Source of the DNA: an uncultured bacterium
GTDB lineage: Bacteria > Krumholzibacteriota > Krumholzibacteriia > JACNKJ01
Reading direction: 5' to 3'
DNA: 64,000 nucleotides
NCBI GenBank assembly: GCA_963695095.1
Contig: CAVOFT010000001.1
Location: forward strand, 3,546,529 to 3,610,528
Shown: positions 9,709 to 22,338 of the stretch, one piece after another
Numbering within the stretch: position 1 is the stretch's first letter
Layout: each line of letters begins with the position of its first letter
Translations under genes and position numbers: made by a program
Notes under the pieces: model-generated
What the model saw: the letters and a program-made list of their open reading frames with translations, nothing else
Databases searched by the model: none
What the model was told of the DNA's origin: nothing

Positions 9709-10407
9709 ATGTCCAAGCCCAAGGTTCTCGTTGTCGAAGACGAAGCCGACATCCTCGAGATCATCGCCTACAATCTGAGCCGTGAGGGTTATCGGGTCCT
9801 CAGCAGCCGGGACGGCGAGGAGGCGCTGGACCTCGCCCGCAGCGAGGAGCCCGATCTCATCCTCCTCGATCTGATGTTGCCCGGCATGGACGGCATCGAG
9901 GTCTGCCGCCAGCTCAAGGACGAGCCGCGCGGCGCCGATCTACCCATCATCATGGTCACCGCCAAGGGCGAGGAGAGCGACGTGGTGCTCGGACTCGGCG
10001 TGGGCGCCGACGACTACATCGTCAAGCCCTTCAGCCCGCGCGAGCTGGTGGCCCGCGTCAAAGCCGTGCTTCGCCGCGGGCCGCTCAAGGAGAAGCCGGG
10101 CGCGGCGGGCGAGCGGATCGAGCGCGAGGGAGTGGCCATCGATGCCGGCAAGTTCCAGGTGCGCGTGGACGGGGAGGCGGTGCCCATCACGGCCACCGAG
10201 TTCCGTCTGCTCCACTACCTGGCGCGCCATCCGGGGCGGGTCTTCACCCGCAACCAGTTGCTCGCGCGCGTGATCGGCGATGATGCGATCGTGATCGACC
10301 GCAACATCGACGTGCACGTGCGCTCCCTGCGCAAGAAGCTGGGACCCCACCACGAGCTGATCGAGACGCAACGCGGCGTGGGCTACCGCTTCAAGGACAG
10401 CGACTGA
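9709..10407 (+). CDS. phoB: Phosphate regulon response regulator (OmpR family)
   Basis: Receiver domain (VVEDE, LDLMLP, KPFS) plus winged helix (RNIDVHVRSLRKKL, RGVGY); next to pst genes. Confidence 0.85.
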   Translation: MSKPKVLVVEDEADILEIIAYNLSREGYRVLSSRDGEEALDLARSEEPDLILLDLMLPGMDGIEVCRQLKDEPRGADLPIIMVTAKGEESDVVLGLGVGADDYIVKPFSPRELVARVKAVLRRGPLKEKPGAAGERIEREGVAIDAGKFQVRVDGEAVPITATEFRLLHYLARHPGRVFTRNQLLARVIGDDAIVIDRNIDVHVRSLRKKLGPHHELIETQRGVGYRFKDSD

Positions 10408-10411
10408 GGGC

Positions 10412-12190
10412 ATGCACCGCCGCACCTTTCTCTGGCAGCTCTACCTGGCCTTCAGTCTGGTGATCTTCCTGGCAACGGCGAGCATCCAGATCTTCAGCGC
10501 GCGCCGCATCGAGGCCAACGGCCGCACCGCCCTCGAAGAATCCCTGCGCGCCCGCGCCTTGCTCCTGGCCGACCTCGCGCGGCCCGGTCTGGCCGGCGAG
10601 TCCGTGGACAGCCTGCAGGCGGCCCTCGTCCGCCTGGGCCGGGAAACCGAAACGCGCTTCACCGTGATCGCGCCCGACGGCCGCGTTCTTGCGGAGAGCC
10701 ACGAGGATCCCGAGCGCATGGACAACCATGCCGGCCGCCCCGAGCTGCTGGACGCCCGCCAACGCGGCAGCGGCCAGGCCTCCCGCCGGAGCGACACCCT
10801 CGGCAGCGAGATGCTCTACTACGCCCTCGCCGTGCGGGATGCGGGCGGCAGTCTCGTCGGCTATGCCCGGGCCGGCATGCCCGTGGCGGCCGTCGACGCC
10901 CACCTCGCCCAGCTCCGCCGCGGCGTGCGCCTGGGCGCCGCGATCGCGGGGCTCGCCGCGCTGCTGCTCGGTTGGGCCATCGTCCACTACCTGACGCAGC
11001 CGCTGAACGAGATCCGCGGCGCCCTGCAGGCCTTCAGCGCGGGGGATTTCTCGCGCCGCCTGCATCTGCGCGGGGGCGGCGAGTTCGGCGAGCTGGCCCG
11101 CGTGCTCAACGGCATGGCCCGCGAGCTCCAGCTGCGCATCGAGCGCATCAGCGAGGAGCGCAACCGGCTGGAGGCCATCCTCGCCGGCATGGTCGAGGGC
11201 GTGATCGCCGTGGATCGCCAGGAGCGCATCCTCCACCTCAACCAGGGCGCCGCCCGCCTCCTCGAGGTGGAGCGCGCCAGCTCGATCGGCCGCCCGGCCT
11301 GGGAGGTGGCGCGGGTGCCGGCGGTGAGCGAGGCCCTGGCCCGCTGCCTCCAAGAGCAGCGCGAAGTGGAGATGGAGATCCGCCGCACCGGCGAGGACGG
11401 CAAGGAGCGCATCATCGAACTCTACGGGTCGCCGCTGGCGGGCGACGGCAGCCCCGGCGGAGCCGTGCTCGTTCTGCATGAGGTAACCGAGCTGCGCCGG
11501 CTCGAGCACATTCGGCGCGATTTCGTGGCCAACGTCTCCCACGAGCTGAAGACTCCGCTTACCGTGATCCGGGGCATCGTCGAGACGATGCAGGACGACC
11601 CGGCAATGACCGAGGAAACTCGCAGGCGCTTCCTCGCCAAGATGAAGAGCCAGTCCGACTACCTCTCGGCCCAGGTGAGCGATCTGCTCGCCCTGTCCCG
11701 CCTCGAAGGCCCCCGGGATCTGCTCGAGCGGGCGCCGCTGGACCTGGCCGCCCTGGCGCGCGAGATGGCCGCGGGGCGAGCGCCGGTGGCTGAGGGCCGC
11801 GGCATTGCCCTGGCGCTCGAGCTGCCGCCGGCGGGCCTGGTCGTGAGCGGCGACCGGCGCGCGCTGGAACAGGCCCTGGGCAATCTGCTCGACAACGCCC
11901 TCCAGTACACGCCGGCTGGCGGCCGCGTCAGCCTGCGCATTGCCGCTCGCGAAGACCGCGTGCTCTGCGAGGTGGCGGACTCGGGCATCGGCATCGCGCC
12001 CGAGCACCAGGAGCGCATCTTCGAGCGCTTCTACCGGGTGGACAAGGCGCGCTCCCGCGAGCAGGGCGGCACCGGCCTCGGCCTGGCCATCGTCAAGCAC
12101 GTGGCCCTGGCCCACGGGGGCGGCATCACGCTGAGGAGCACACCCGGTCAGGGCAGCGTCTTCACGCTGTCCTTGCCCCGCAGCGCCTGA
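10412..12190 (+). CDS. phoR: Phosphate regulon sensor kinase (HAMP-PAS-HisKA-HATPase)
   Basis: [47 protein letters not shown]. Confidence 0.9.
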   Translation: MHRRTFLWQLYLAFSLVIFLATASIQIFSARRIEANGRTALEESLRARALLLADLARPGLAGESVDSLQAALVRLGRETETRFTVIAPDGRVLAESHEDPERMDNHAGRPELLDARQRGSGQASRRSDTLGSEMLYYALAVRDAGGSLVGYARAGMPVAAVDAHLAQLRRGVRLGAAIAGLAALLLGWAIVHYLTQPLNEIRGALQAFSAGDFSRRLHLRGGGEFGELARVLNGMARELQLRIERISEERNRLEAILAGMVEGVIAVDRQERILHLNQGAARLLEVERASSIGRPAWEVARVPAVSEALARCLQEQREVEMEIRRTGEDGKERIIELYGSPLAGDGSPGGAVLVLHEVTELRRLEHIRRDFVANVSHELKTPLTVIRGIVETMQDDPAMTEETRRRFLAKMKSQSDYLSAQVSDLLALSRLEGPRDLLERAPLDLAALAREMAAGRAPVAEGRGIALALELPPAGLVVSGDRRALEQALGNLLDNALQYTPAGGRVSLRIAAREDRVLCEVADSGIGIAPEHQERIFERFYRVDKARSREQGGTGLGLAIVKHVALAHGGGITLRSTPGQGSVFTLSLPRSA

Positions 12191-12221
12191 AGCGGCCCGC
12201 AAATCGGAGCGGGGTCCCGCA

Positions 12222-12254
12222 AATTCACCCGTCCTTCATCCCGGCTTTACAGAG
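12222..12254 (+). promoter_or_regulatory. Pho box upstream of pstS
   Basis: TTCAC (12224), TTCAT (12235) and TTTAC (12246) at exact 11-bp spacing. Confidence 0.7.
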
Positions 12255-12328
12255 CCGGCGCACATTGGCTCAGCGCGACGCGCGCGCCCCCGCGGCGCCT
12301 CTCCTCCCCTCCGACCAGGAGAACGATC

Positions 12329-13334
<1,006 letters not shown>

Positions 13335-13336
13335 CC

Positions 13337-14268
13337 GTGCCGGCCGGCGCTGCGCAGGCGGCGGTGCGCGCCGATTTCAAACGGCCGCGCCGCTGGGGGG
13401 AAGAAGGCATCCGGGGCCTGCTGCTCCTGTGCGCCTTCGTGTCCGTCCTCACCACGCTGGGCATCATCCTGACGCTCAGCGCGGAGACCTTCGGCTTCCT
13501 GCGCAAGGTGCCGGTGCTCGAGTTCCTCTTCGGCACCCGCTGGTCGCCGCTGCTCGCGCCGCGCAGCTTCGGCGTGCTGCCGCTCGTGGGCGGCACCTTC
13601 ATGATCGTGGTCGGCTCGGCGCTCATCGCCATTCCCGTGGGCCTGGGCAGCGCCATCTACCTCAGCGAGTACGCCTCCGAGCGCGTGCGCAGGCTCGTCA
13701 AGCCGGTGCTGGAGATCCTGGCCGGCATCCCGACGGTGGTCTACGGCTACTTCGCGCTCACCTCGGTGACGCCGCTGCTGAAGGCGCTCATCCCCGACAC
13801 CGCAGGTCTTCAACGCGGCCAGCGCGGCCATCGTCGTCGGCATCATGATCCTGCCCATGGTGGCCTCGCTCTGCGACGACGCCCTCGCGCGCCGTGCCGA
13901 ACTCGCTGCGCCAGGCCGGGCTACGCGCTGGGCGCCACGCACCTCGAGGTCTCCACGCAGGTCGTCGTGCCGGCGCGCGCTGTCCGGCATCCTCGCCGTC
14001 GTTCGTGCTCGCCGCCTCGCGCGCCATCGGCGAGACGATGGCCGTCACCCTCGCGGCGGGCGCGACGCCGAACCTCACCCTCAATCCGCTGGAGAGCATC
14101 CAGACGATGACGGCCTACATCGTCCAGGTCAGCCTGGGCGACACGCCGGCGGGCGGCGTCGAGTACCAGACGATCTTCGCCGTCGGCGCCCTGCTCTTCG
14201 TCATCACGCTGGGCATGAACGTGCTCTCGCACCGGATCATGAAGCGCTTCCGCGAGGTCTACGAGTGA
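13337..14268 (+). CDS. pstC: Phosphate ABC transporter permease (apparent frameshifts 13800-14010)
   Basis: [20 protein letters not shown] and [15 protein letters not shown] motifs in different frames. Confidence 0.85.
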
Positions 14269-15138
14269 GCGGCGCCTGGCAGCCCCTGCCCACCCTGGGC
14301 CGCCGCCACCGGCGGGCGGCCCTCGCCCGCCGCGGGTTCGCCCTGCTCACCTGGCTGGGCGTGGCCCTGCTCGCCGTGCTGCTCTGCGCGTCGGCCGCCA
14401 GGGCTTCGCCTGGCTGGACTGGGACTTCCTCACCAGCTTCCCCTCGCGCTTCCCGGATCGAGCGGGCGTGCTCAGCCGCGCTGTCCGGCACGCTCTGGCT
14501 GATCGGCCTCACGGCGCTCATCTCCGTGCCCATCGGCGTCGCGGCGGCCATCTACCTGGAGGAGTTCTCGCGGCCGGGGCCGCCTGCGCAGCGTCATCGA
14601 GGTGAACATCGCCAACCTGGCCGGCGTGCCGTCGATCGTCTACGGCATCCTCGGCCTCGCCTTCTTCGTGCGCGGGCTCGGCCTCGGCCGCAGCGTGCTG
14701 GCCGGCGCCCTCACGATGAGCCTGCTCATCCTGCCCGTCATCATCATCGCCTCGCGCGAGTCGCTCAAGGCCGTGCCGCAGTCCTTGCGCCAGGGGGCGA
14801 TGGCCCTCGGCGCCACGCGCTGGCAGGCGGTCCGCCACCACGTGCTGCCCAGCGCCCTGCCCGGCATCCTGACGGGAGTCATCCTCTCGCTCTCGCGCGC
14901 GATCGGCGAGACGGCGCCGCTGATCATGATCGGCGCCCTCACCTACATCGCCTTCACGCCGGATGGTCCGATGGACGACTTCACGGCACTGCCCATCCAG
15001 ATCTACAACTGGGCGTCGCGGCCGCAGAAGGACTTCCACGGCCTGGCCGCCGCGGGCATCCTCGTGCTGCTCGCCGTCCTGCTCTTGATGAACGCGGCCG
15101 CCGTGGCCATCCGCTATCGCTCCCAGAGGAAATCCTGA
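14265..15138 (+). CDS. pstA: Phosphate ABC transporter permease (apparent frameshifts 14390-14590)
   Basis: [36 protein letters not shown] overlap with pstC. Confidence 0.85.
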
Positions 15139-16013
15139 TGCGCAGCGCCGCGACGAGGCCGACGATGGATAGCTCGCCCAAGCCGCAGCCCCCGGTTTCT
15201 CCCCTGCCGGCGGCGTCCGCCGCGGCCTTCCGAGCCCGGCCGCGAGAGCGCCCCTGCCCGATCTGATCCTCGAGACGAAGGCGCTGAGCATCTTCTACGG
15301 CGACAACGAAGCCGTGAAGCGCGTGAACCTTCCGGTTCACCTGCGCTCGATCACGGCCATCATCGGCCCGTCGGGCTGCGGCAAGAGCACGCTGCTGCGC
15401 GCCTTCAACCGCATGAACGAGTTCCTGGCCGAGGTGCGCATGGAGGGCGAGGTGCTCTACCGCGGGCGCAACCTCTACGCCCCGGACGTGGACCCGGTGG
15501 AGGTGCGCGCGCGCATCGGCATGGTCTTCCAGAAGCCGAACCCGTTTCCGAAGACCATCTACCAGAACGTGGCCTGGGCACCGGCGCTGAACGGCATCGC
15601 CAGCAGGCGCGAGCTGCCGGAGCTGGTCGAGACCAGCCTGCGCCAGGCGAATCTCTGGGACGAGGTGAAGGACCGCCTCGACGCTTCCGGCCTCTCACTC
15701 TCGGGCGGCCAGCAGCAGCGCCTCTGCATCGCCCGCGCGCTGGCCATGAAGCCGGAGATCATCCTCATGGACGAGCCCGCCTCGGCGCTCGATCCCATCT
15801 CCACGGCGCGCATCGAGGACCTGCTCTTCGAGCTGAAGGAGCGCTACACCATCGTCATCGTGACGCACAACATGCAGCAGGCGGCGCGCGTCTCGGACTA
15901 CACGGCCTTCATGGACCTCGGGCGTGATGGTCGAGTTCGGCGAGACCGATCAGGTCTTCACCCGCCCGCGCGAGAAGCGCACCGAGGACTACGTCACCGG
16001 CCGTTTCGGCTGA
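15138..16013 (+). CDS. pstB: Phosphate ABC transporter ATP-binding protein (apparent frameshifts near 15250 and 15920)
   Basis: [32 protein letters not shown]-terminal [10 protein letters not shown] in a shifted frame. Confidence 0.88.
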
Positions 16014-16023
16014 GGAGAGGCAC

Positions 16024-16713
16024 ATGGGCAAGCATCTGCATCGCGATCTCGAACTGCTGAGCAAGGACATCCTCACGCTCGGCGCGCGGGTGGAGGAGAG
16101 CCTCGACCTCGCCGTGCGCGCGCTCGTCGACCGCCGCGAGGATCTCGCCGATGCGCGTCCGCGAAGGCGATCGACGATCATCGATCGCGAGGAGGTGGAG
16201 GTCGAGGAGGACTGCCTCAAGATCCTGGCCCTGCACCAGCCGGTGGCGGCGGACCTGCGCTTCGTGATCACGGCGCTCAAGGTGAACAACGACCTCGAGC
16301 GCATGGGCGACCTCGCCGTCAGCGTCGCCTCCCGCGCCCGCTGGCTGGCGCGCCGGGAGCCGCTGGATGTCGCCGCAGAGGCCATCAAGGGCATCGCCTT
16401 GAACGTGCGCAGCATGGTGCACATGGGCATCACCTGCCTCGTCGAGCGCGATCCGCTCATGGCCCGCCAGGTCTGCGCCATGGATGACGAGGTGGACCGC
16501 GATCACCGCCAGATGTACACGATCCTGCAGGACCTCATGAAGGCCGACCCGCGGACGGTCAAGCGCGCCGTGCAGACCCTCTCCGCCTCCCGCCAGCTCG
16601 AGCGCGTCGGCGACCTGGCGACGAACATCGCCGAGGATGTGGTGTTCATGGTGGAGGGCGAGGTCATTCGCCACGGGCGCGAGCAGCTCGGCGAGGGCGA
16701 CGAGTCGGGCTAG
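16024..16713 (+). CDS. phoU: Phosphate signalling complex protein
   Basis: [32 protein letters not shown]. Confidence 0.92.
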   Translation: MGKHLHRDLELLSKDILTLGARVEESLDLAVRALVDRREDLADARPRRRSTIIDREEVEVEEDCLKILALHQPVAADLRFVITALKVNNDLERMGDLAVSVASRARWLARREPLDVAAEAIKGIALNVRSMVHMGITCLVERDPLMARQVCAMDDEVDRDHRQMYTILQDLMKADPRTVKRAVQTLSASRQLERVGDLATNIAEDVVFMVEGEVIRHGREQLGEGDESG

Positions 16714-16834
16714 GCGCCAAGCCCGTGAGCGGCCCCGTGGCCACGGCGACACTGGCTCAGTGCAGGGCCAGCCACGCCGGGACTCGGCGGCAGATGCAGC
16801 ATGTCGATCACGGGCTAGTGGATGCCGAGAACCT

Positions 16835-17446
16835 TCACGCGACCTCGGCCCCGGCCGGCGCCGCCGGCGACGGCTCCCCTTCCGGCGCGCCGTACAGCTG
16901 CTCGTAGACGGCCTGGACGACAGCCAGCGCGTAGGGCGCGGTGACGACGAGGCCGAGCAGGAGCGCCAGCACCCCCAGCCAGACCAGCACCGTGAGCAGG
17001 CCGGTCAGCACGAGCAGCATCAGCCATTCGCGGGCGAAGAGCAGGCGGCAAGCGCGGAAGGCGGCCGTGGCGTCCAGGCCCTGCTGCACCATGAGCGGCA
17101 TGAAGAGCAGGAAGAGGGCGTTGACGGCGAAGGCCACGGCCGCCGCGAGGAAGGGCATCCAGCCCACGAGCAGCAGCGCCAGCACCTGGGCGCCGAGCCA
17201 GACGAGGCCGCCCATGAGGAAGCGCTCGAAGCTGTTGAAGGGGGCGAAGAGGTCGGCAAGCAGTGGCCTCTCGCCGCGGGCAAGGCGGCCGAGGACGAAG
17301 AAGCTGCCCGCCACCATCATGGGCGCCAGGAAGACGGTCAGGGAGAGCAGGGCCCCGACCAGCAGGATGCCGACCAGCCGCAGGGGATCTTCGGTGAAGA
17401 GCGCCCACCCGCGCGCCAGCGCGGGCAGCAGTTCGATGCGGGGCAT
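16835..17446 (-). CDS. Hypothetical integral membrane protein
   Basis: 203 aa, 4-5 TM, AAAGGAGG RBS. Confidence 0.7.
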   Translation of the reverse strand: MPRIELLPALARGWALFTEDPLRLVGILLVGALLSLTVFLAPMMVAGSFFVLGRLARGERPLLADLFAPFNSFERFLMGGLVWLGAQVLALLLVGWMPFLAAAVAFAVNALFLLFMPLMVQQGLDATAAFRACRLLFAREWLMLLVLTGLLTVLVWLGVLALLLGLVVTAPYALAVVQAVYEQLYGAPEGEPSPAAPAGAEVA

Positions 17447-17566
17447 CTCCCCTCCTTTGCGGCTGGCACGCTAGCACCGGGGCCGGGGAGGGTCAACCGG
17501 AGAGGGCTGGACCGCCGCCACCGGGCCTGCTAGTGCTTGTGGCCTGCCCGCTCCGGAGGATGGCCC

Positions 17567-18874
17567 GTGACCGCTCGGCTCCTGCTGCGCCAGGCTGCGC
17601 TCTTTCTCGCCATCTGGATTGCCGGCATCGCCGCCGTGTACCTCGGCAAGCAGATCGTCAGCTTCAACGCGCCCTTCTTCTGGCCGATGAGCATCTTCAA
17701 GCTGCGCTGGCCGGCCCCGCTCCAGTGGCTGGCGCTGGGCGCGGCGGCGACGCTTTGCCTGCTCGCCCTGCGTCTGGAGATCTGGCGACGGGGGCGCCTG
17801 GCCATCATCCTCGCCGGCAGCCTGCTGGTGATCGTCGGCACCCTCGGCCAGGGCTGGGAGGGCGGCTTTGCCCAGCCCGTCGCCGGCATCTACGGCGGCG
17901 AGGCGCTGCAGTACTACCACGCGGCGATGGAGCTGGAGGGTCCCGGCCAGGCGCTGCACGAGTTCAACGCGCTGCAGCCCTCGCTGCGCAATCACTCGGC
18001 CACCCACCCGCCCGGCGCGCTGCTCGTTTTCTGGGCCCTGGCGAAGATGCTTAAGCAGCCGGCCCTGATCGGCCTGGCGCTGGGCATCCTCTCGCTCCTC
18101 TTCAGCGGCTTCTTTCTCCACGCCTTCCTGGCGCGCTTCCTGCCGCCGGCGCGGGCGGCCCTGGCCCTCTGGCTCTTCTTCCTGTTGCCGGCCGTGCAGA
18201 TCTACTACGTCGCCAGCCTGGACGCGCTGATCGCGGGCTGCTTCCTCGGCTGCCTGGCCTGCTTCGATCCCCGGCGCGGCTGGCTGCGCCTGCTGCCGGC
18301 GCTGGCCTTTCTGCTGCTGTCGGCCTGGCTCACCTTCGCCTTCGTCTACTTGCTGCCGGTGATCGCCTGGATCGAGCTGCGCACGCGGCGCTCGCTGCTG
18401 CGCAGCAGCGCGCTGGGCCTCGGCGCAGTGCTGGCCCTGGTCGCCCTCAAGCCGCTCGTCGGACTCGACTACTTCGGCGCCTTCTTCACCGCCACGCGGC
18501 TGGACAACCCCGCGGGCTGGCCGCCCCTCGTCGAGCCCCTGTCCTACGTCGCGACGCGGATCGAGAACGTGGCCGAGATCCTGCTCTTCCTGGGGCCCTT
18601 CGCCATCGCCCTGGCCTGGCGGAGCTGGCGGACCGGGCAGGGCGAGTGGCGGGAGTGGACGCTGGGCGCCCTGCTCAGCCTGGCGGCCGTCTTCCTCAGC
18701 GCCGCCTACAAGACCGGCGAGACGGCGCGCGCCTGCATCTTCGTGCTCCCGGCGCTCCTGCTGCCGCTCGCGGCCGCCCCCGAGCTGGCGGAGGCGCGCA
18801 CGGTCCGCCGCCTCAGCCTGCTGCTCGCCGCGCAGGCGCTGGCCATGCAGGCCTTCGGGAACTACTTCTGGTAG
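17567..18874 (+). CDS. Multi-TM protein, probable GT-C-fold glycosyltransferase
   Basis: GGAGGA RBS; about 11 TM; THPPG loop and GETAR motif; beside wzy/wzz. Confidence 0.55.
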   Translation: MTARLLLRQAALFLAIWIAGIAAVYLGKQIVSFNAPFFWPMSIFKLRWPAPLQWLALGAAATLCLLALRLEIWRRGRLAIILAGSLLVIVGTLGQGWEGGFAQPVAGIYGGEALQYYHAAMELEGPGQALHEFNALQPSLRNHSATHPPGALLVFWALAKMLKQPALIGLALGILSLLFSGFFLHAFLARFLPPARAALALWLFFLLPAVQIYYVASLDALIAGCFLGCLACFDPRRGWLRLLPALAFLLLSAWLTFAFVYLLPVIAWIELRTRRSLLRSSALGLGAVLALVALKPLVGLDYFGAFFTATRLDNPAGWPPLVEPLSYVATRIENVAEILLFLGPFAIALAWRSWRTGQGEWREWTLGALLSLAAVFLSAAYKTGETARACIFVLPALLLPLAAAPELAEARTVRRLSLLLAAQALAMQAFGNYFW

Positions 18875-20229
18875 GAGGGCGCGGGGTGCTCCCCGGTCGA
18901 ATCTTGGCCCGGAGGCGAGGCGAACCCGCGTGTACTCAGGGCGCCGATGAGGCCGAAGGTCAGCCAGACGAGGTGATCGTACATGTGCGGGTTGAAAAAG
19001 GTATCCACGACCTTCACGAAGACGACGACTCCGCAGGCGGTCGCAGCCACCCGCGCGGCAGGGCTGAGCGGAAGTCTCCGCATGCGACGCAACTCGCGAA
19101 AGACGGCGAAGTAGGGCAGGCAGTAGAGCAGGAGGCCGATCAGGCCGCCGTCCGCCAGCAAGGTGACGACGAGCGTGTGGCTCATCAGCGTCCCCGAATG
19201 ATAGACCATGTCGTGCGAGGCCAGAGGATACCAGTGCTCGCCGACCAGCGATGCGTAGGAGTAGAAGCCGCCGCCCCAGAGCCAGTGCATGCCCGCTGCC
19301 CAGATCTGCAGGCCGCTGAGCGCCAGGTACCAGCGGAACCGGCTCGAGTAGTCCTGCTCGAGTGCAGTGAAGCTGAGGGCGCGATTCAGAAGGACGCGGC
19401 CGTAGGGCGTCGCGATCGCAAGGTAGAGGACGCCTGCCAGCCCGACTCCAAAGAACCACTTCGTGTAGGGCCGCAGCCGCGGATTGCGCCAGAAGGCCAG
19501 CATTCCCAAGACCAGCATGAGCCAGGCGCTGCGCGAGTAACTGAGCAAGATCGCCCCCACGGCGACGGCGAGCACGGCCAGGATGCCGACTTTCGCCGGC
19601 CAGCGGAAGTGCGGCACGGCTAGCGCCGCTACCATGAAGAGCGACAGCACCGCGAGAAAGCCGCCCATGCTGTTTGCATCCCAGAAGGTGCCCAGGGCGC
19701 GAACGGATCCGGCATCGGGACCCTGCTTCTGCACGAAGGAAACGCCGGCCATGGTCAGGGCATTCAGGGTCTGCAGCTGGGCGGCGACGCCGACCACCAG
19801 CGCCGTGCCTACGACCGCGATCAGCAGGGCCAGCAGATGCCACTGCTCCTCGATCAGATTCGCGACGATGACCGCGAAGATCCAGAGTACCGATAGGCGA
19901 AGCACGAAGAAGCCTGCCTTCGGCAAGTCTGCGCTATAGAAGCTCGACAGCCCGGCGAAGATCATGAAGGGCAAGAACCAGAGCAGGTGCCGGGGAATGC
20001 GCAGGCGCCGGTCATTGATGGCCATGTGCACGCCGAAGGCGAGGATGATCACCACTTTGAGCAAATTGTTCGCAGTGAACAGCGTGCCCTCGATGCGGCC
20101 ATAGAAATCGAGGCTGACCGTGTAGATGCTGAAGGCCACCAGCAGGGCCGGCTGGCGCAGGGCAAGGAGGCCGGCGGCGAGCCCGAGGCAGGCCAATCCA
20201 GTCCATAGCGCTAGCTGGCCCATGTCCAT
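18862..20229 (-). CDS. O-antigen ligase/polymerase (Wzy_C) family protein
   Basis: RALGTFWDAN, LSYSRSAW, WGGG, SHT...LADGGLIGL. Confidence 0.8.
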   Translation of the reverse strand: MDMGQLALWTGLACLGLAAGLLALRQPALLVAFSIYTVSLDFYGRIEGTLFTANNLLKVVIILAFGVHMAINDRRLRIPRHLLWFLPFMIFAGLSSFYSADLPKAGFFVLRLSVLWIFAVIVANLIEEQWHLLALLIAVVGTALVVGVAAQLQTLNALTMAGVSFVQKQGPDAGSVRALGTFWDANSMGGFLAVLSLFMVAALAVPHFRWPAKVGILAVLAVAVGAILLSYSRSAWLMLVLGMLAFWRNPRLRPYTKWFFGVGLAGVLYLAIATPYGRVLLNRALSFTALEQDYSSRFRWYLALSGLQIWAAGMHWLWGGGFYSYASLVGEHWYPLASHDMVYHSGTLMSHTLVVTLLADGGLIGLLLYCLPYFAVFRELRRMRRLPLSPAARVAATACGVVVFVKVVDTFFNPHMYDHLVWLTFGLIGALSTRGFASPPGQDSTGEHPAPSYQK

Positions 20230-21422
20230 CAGGTATCGCGCAGGAGTAGTTGCAGGCCACTGCGCGCTGAACCGCCGCCGAGTCGGCTCAGCGCATCGAT
20301 GAAGAGCGCCGCTGACGACGCGGTGATCATGCTGATCAGGCCGACCAGCATGATTGTGAGGCGCTTGCGCGGCCAGGTCGGCTCGGCGGCAGCGATGGGT
20401 CGATCCAGGATCGTCAGCGTCTGAGCGTCCAGGATGGCTTCCAGGCGCGCAGCTTCTTGCGCCTCCCGCAAACTGATCTCCAGGGATTCCAGCAGCGTGA
20501 GCTCCCGCTTCAGACGGTCCCGGCCCATCCCGGCCAGCTCGCTGCGACCTGGCGAGGGCAACCGGCCACTCTGGGCATTGCTCACGGTATCGAAGTCCGC
20601 CAGGAAGCCCTCATAGACGGCGATCTCCGCCGCCAAGGCCTGACGCTCCGTGCTGGCCGGCCGTTGATCCTGTGCCAGTCGATCTCGCTGCATCCTCAGA
20701 TCCAGTAGTCGCGTCTGTAGCGGCTGCAGGAAGGCGTAGGCGATGTCCCGCTCCAGCTCCGGATCGGCGACGCCGCTGGCTGCCACCTGCCCGGCCAACC
20801 GGGCGCGGGCCTGCGCCAGGTCTACCTGCAGTTCCTGCAGACGGGCTGCGAAGAAGGCGACCCTCTGGTTGGCGTACTCGTGGATGCGATCGAGATTGGC
20901 GGCATTCGTTTCCCACAGGTAGCTCTCGGCGATGCGGGCACTCATCGCGGGATCGCGAGTCGACACGGTGACGATCAGCACTTGCAGCTGCAGCGATAGC
21001 GAGAAATGCGTGGCCTGAGTCAGCTTTGCCATGGCCCGCTGTTCGGCCCCGACCGCCCCCACAGACCCTGCCGCGACGCCGAAGAACTCGGCCAGATTCA
21101 GCGTCCGCACAATCTCGCGACGCACTCGATCGCTCACCATGAGCTCGAGGTTCGTGCTGTTGCGCGTGGTGACATCTCCAAACCTGAAGGCGCTGCGGAA
21201 GGCGCCACGCTCCAGGATGGGCATCTTGGCCGCAACCTCGCCGGTCTGCTCAGGCAGGATCGAGGCGTGGCTCTCGTAGCGGGGGGGAATCAGGAACTGC
21301 ACCACGAGCGCCGCGAGCGCGACCGCCAGCAGCACGGGCCAGAGAATCCAGGCTGCATGGCGGCGGAACACGTTGAGGAGGTCGAGCAGCGAGTAGTCGA
21401 GCGCTGGCCGCGGGGAAATCAT
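20229..21422 (-). CDS. Polysaccharide chain-length determinant (Wzz/GNVR-like)
   Basis: Two terminal TMs, coiled coil, C-terminal ILDRP...PTWPRK. Confidence 0.75.
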   Translation of the reverse strand: MISPRPALDYSLLDLLNVFRRHAAWILWPVLLAVALAALVVQFLIPPRYESHASILPEQTGEVAAKMPILERGAFRSAFRFGDVTTRNSTNLELMVSDRVRREIVRTLNLAEFFGVAAGSVGAVGAEQRAMAKLTQATHFSLSLQLQVLIVTVSTRDPAMSARIAESYLWETNAANLDRIHEYANQRVAFFAARLQELQVDLAQARARLAGQVAASGVADPELERDIAYAFLQPLQTRLLDLRMQRDRLAQDQRPASTERQALAAEIAVYEGFLADFDTVSNAQSGRLPSPGRSELAGMGRDRLKRELTLLESLEISLREAQEAARLEAILDAQTLTILDRPIAAAEPTWPRKRLTIMLVGLISMITASSAALFIDALSRLGGGSARSGLQLLLRDT

Positions 21423-21441
21423 GGTACGCTCTCGCTGGGGT

Positions 21442-22278
21442 TCATGGTCGAGCGGGCATCGTACCCGCCTTCATCGCTGCAACGAATTCGCTCAGCTCAG
21501 CGCCGAGCGCGGCGAGGTCGAGACCGCGCGGGGCCCCCGCGTGCCGGGCGATGATCTCCACCGCCGCGCTGCCGCTGATGGCGCCGGAAGCGCCGGCGGC
21601 GATGGCCTGCCGCACCTGCTCGGGCCGGCCGATGCCGAAGCCGAGCAGGGTGGGAATCGCGCTGGCGCGCCGGATGCGCCGGAGCAGGGGGGCCGCCGTG
21701 CCGGCCAGGCTGGCGTCCTTGCCGGTGACGCCCGTGCGGCTGACGACATAGAGGTAGGGCCCGCCCGCGGCCGCGATGGCCGCCAGGCGATCGGCGCGCG
21801 TGAGCGGCGTCACCATGGACACCAGCCCCAGGCCAGCGGCCGCCGCCGCCGCGCGGAAAGGCGCCGCCTCTTCCAGGGGCAGATCCGCGATCAGCACGCT
21901 GTCCGCGCCCGCGGCCGCCAGGCGCCGGCAGAAGGCCGCCGCGCCCGGCTTCTGCACCAGGTTGGCGTAGGTCAGGAGCCCGATCGGGATCTCCGCGTGG
22001 CGAGCCCGGAAGGCGGCCAGGATCTCGAGGGCGACCTCCGGCGTCACGCCTGCCCGCAGGGCTCGCAGGTCGGCGCCCTGGATGGCCGGACCGTCGGCCA
22101 CCGGGTCGCTGAAGGGAATGCCGAGTTCGAGCAGGTCGGCGCCGCCGGCCACGAAGGCCTCGAGCACGGCCAGGCTGGTGGCGGGGTCGGGGTCGCCCAG
22201 CACCGTGAAGGGCACGAAGGCGCCCTCGCGGCGCGCGGCAAGCGATTGAAACACTTTCGCATAGCGTTCACCAGCCAT
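21442..22278 (-). CDS. trpA: Tryptophan synthase alpha chain
   Basis: ELGIPFSDPVADGPAIQ, VSRTGVTG, GFGI, ISGSA. Confidence 0.95.
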   Translation of the reverse strand: MAGERYAKVFQSLAARREGAFVPFTVLGDPDPATSLAVLEAFVAGGADLLELGIPFSDPVADGPAIQGADLRALRAGVTPEVALEILAAFRARHAEIPIGLLTYANLVQKPGAAAFCRRLAAAGADSVLIADLPLEEAAPFRAAAAAAGLGLVSMVTPLTRADRLAAIAAAGGPYLYVVSRTGVTGKDASLAGTAAPLLRRIRRASAIPTLLGFGIGRPEQVRQAIAAGASGAISGSAAVEIIARHAGAPRGLDLAALGAELSEFVAAMKAGTMPARP

Positions 22279-22285
22279 GGCGCCT

Positions 22286-22314
22286 ACTCTAGCCGCAGGC
22301 AAAGGGATCATCAA
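22286..22314 (-). promoter_or_regulatory. Sigma70-type promoter for a probably leaderless trpA transcript
   Basis: TTGATG-N17-TAGAGT, then 7 nt to ATG; no RBS. Confidence 0.6.
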
Positions 22315-22338
22315 GTGCGATCCGGGAGCCGCGGCCGA

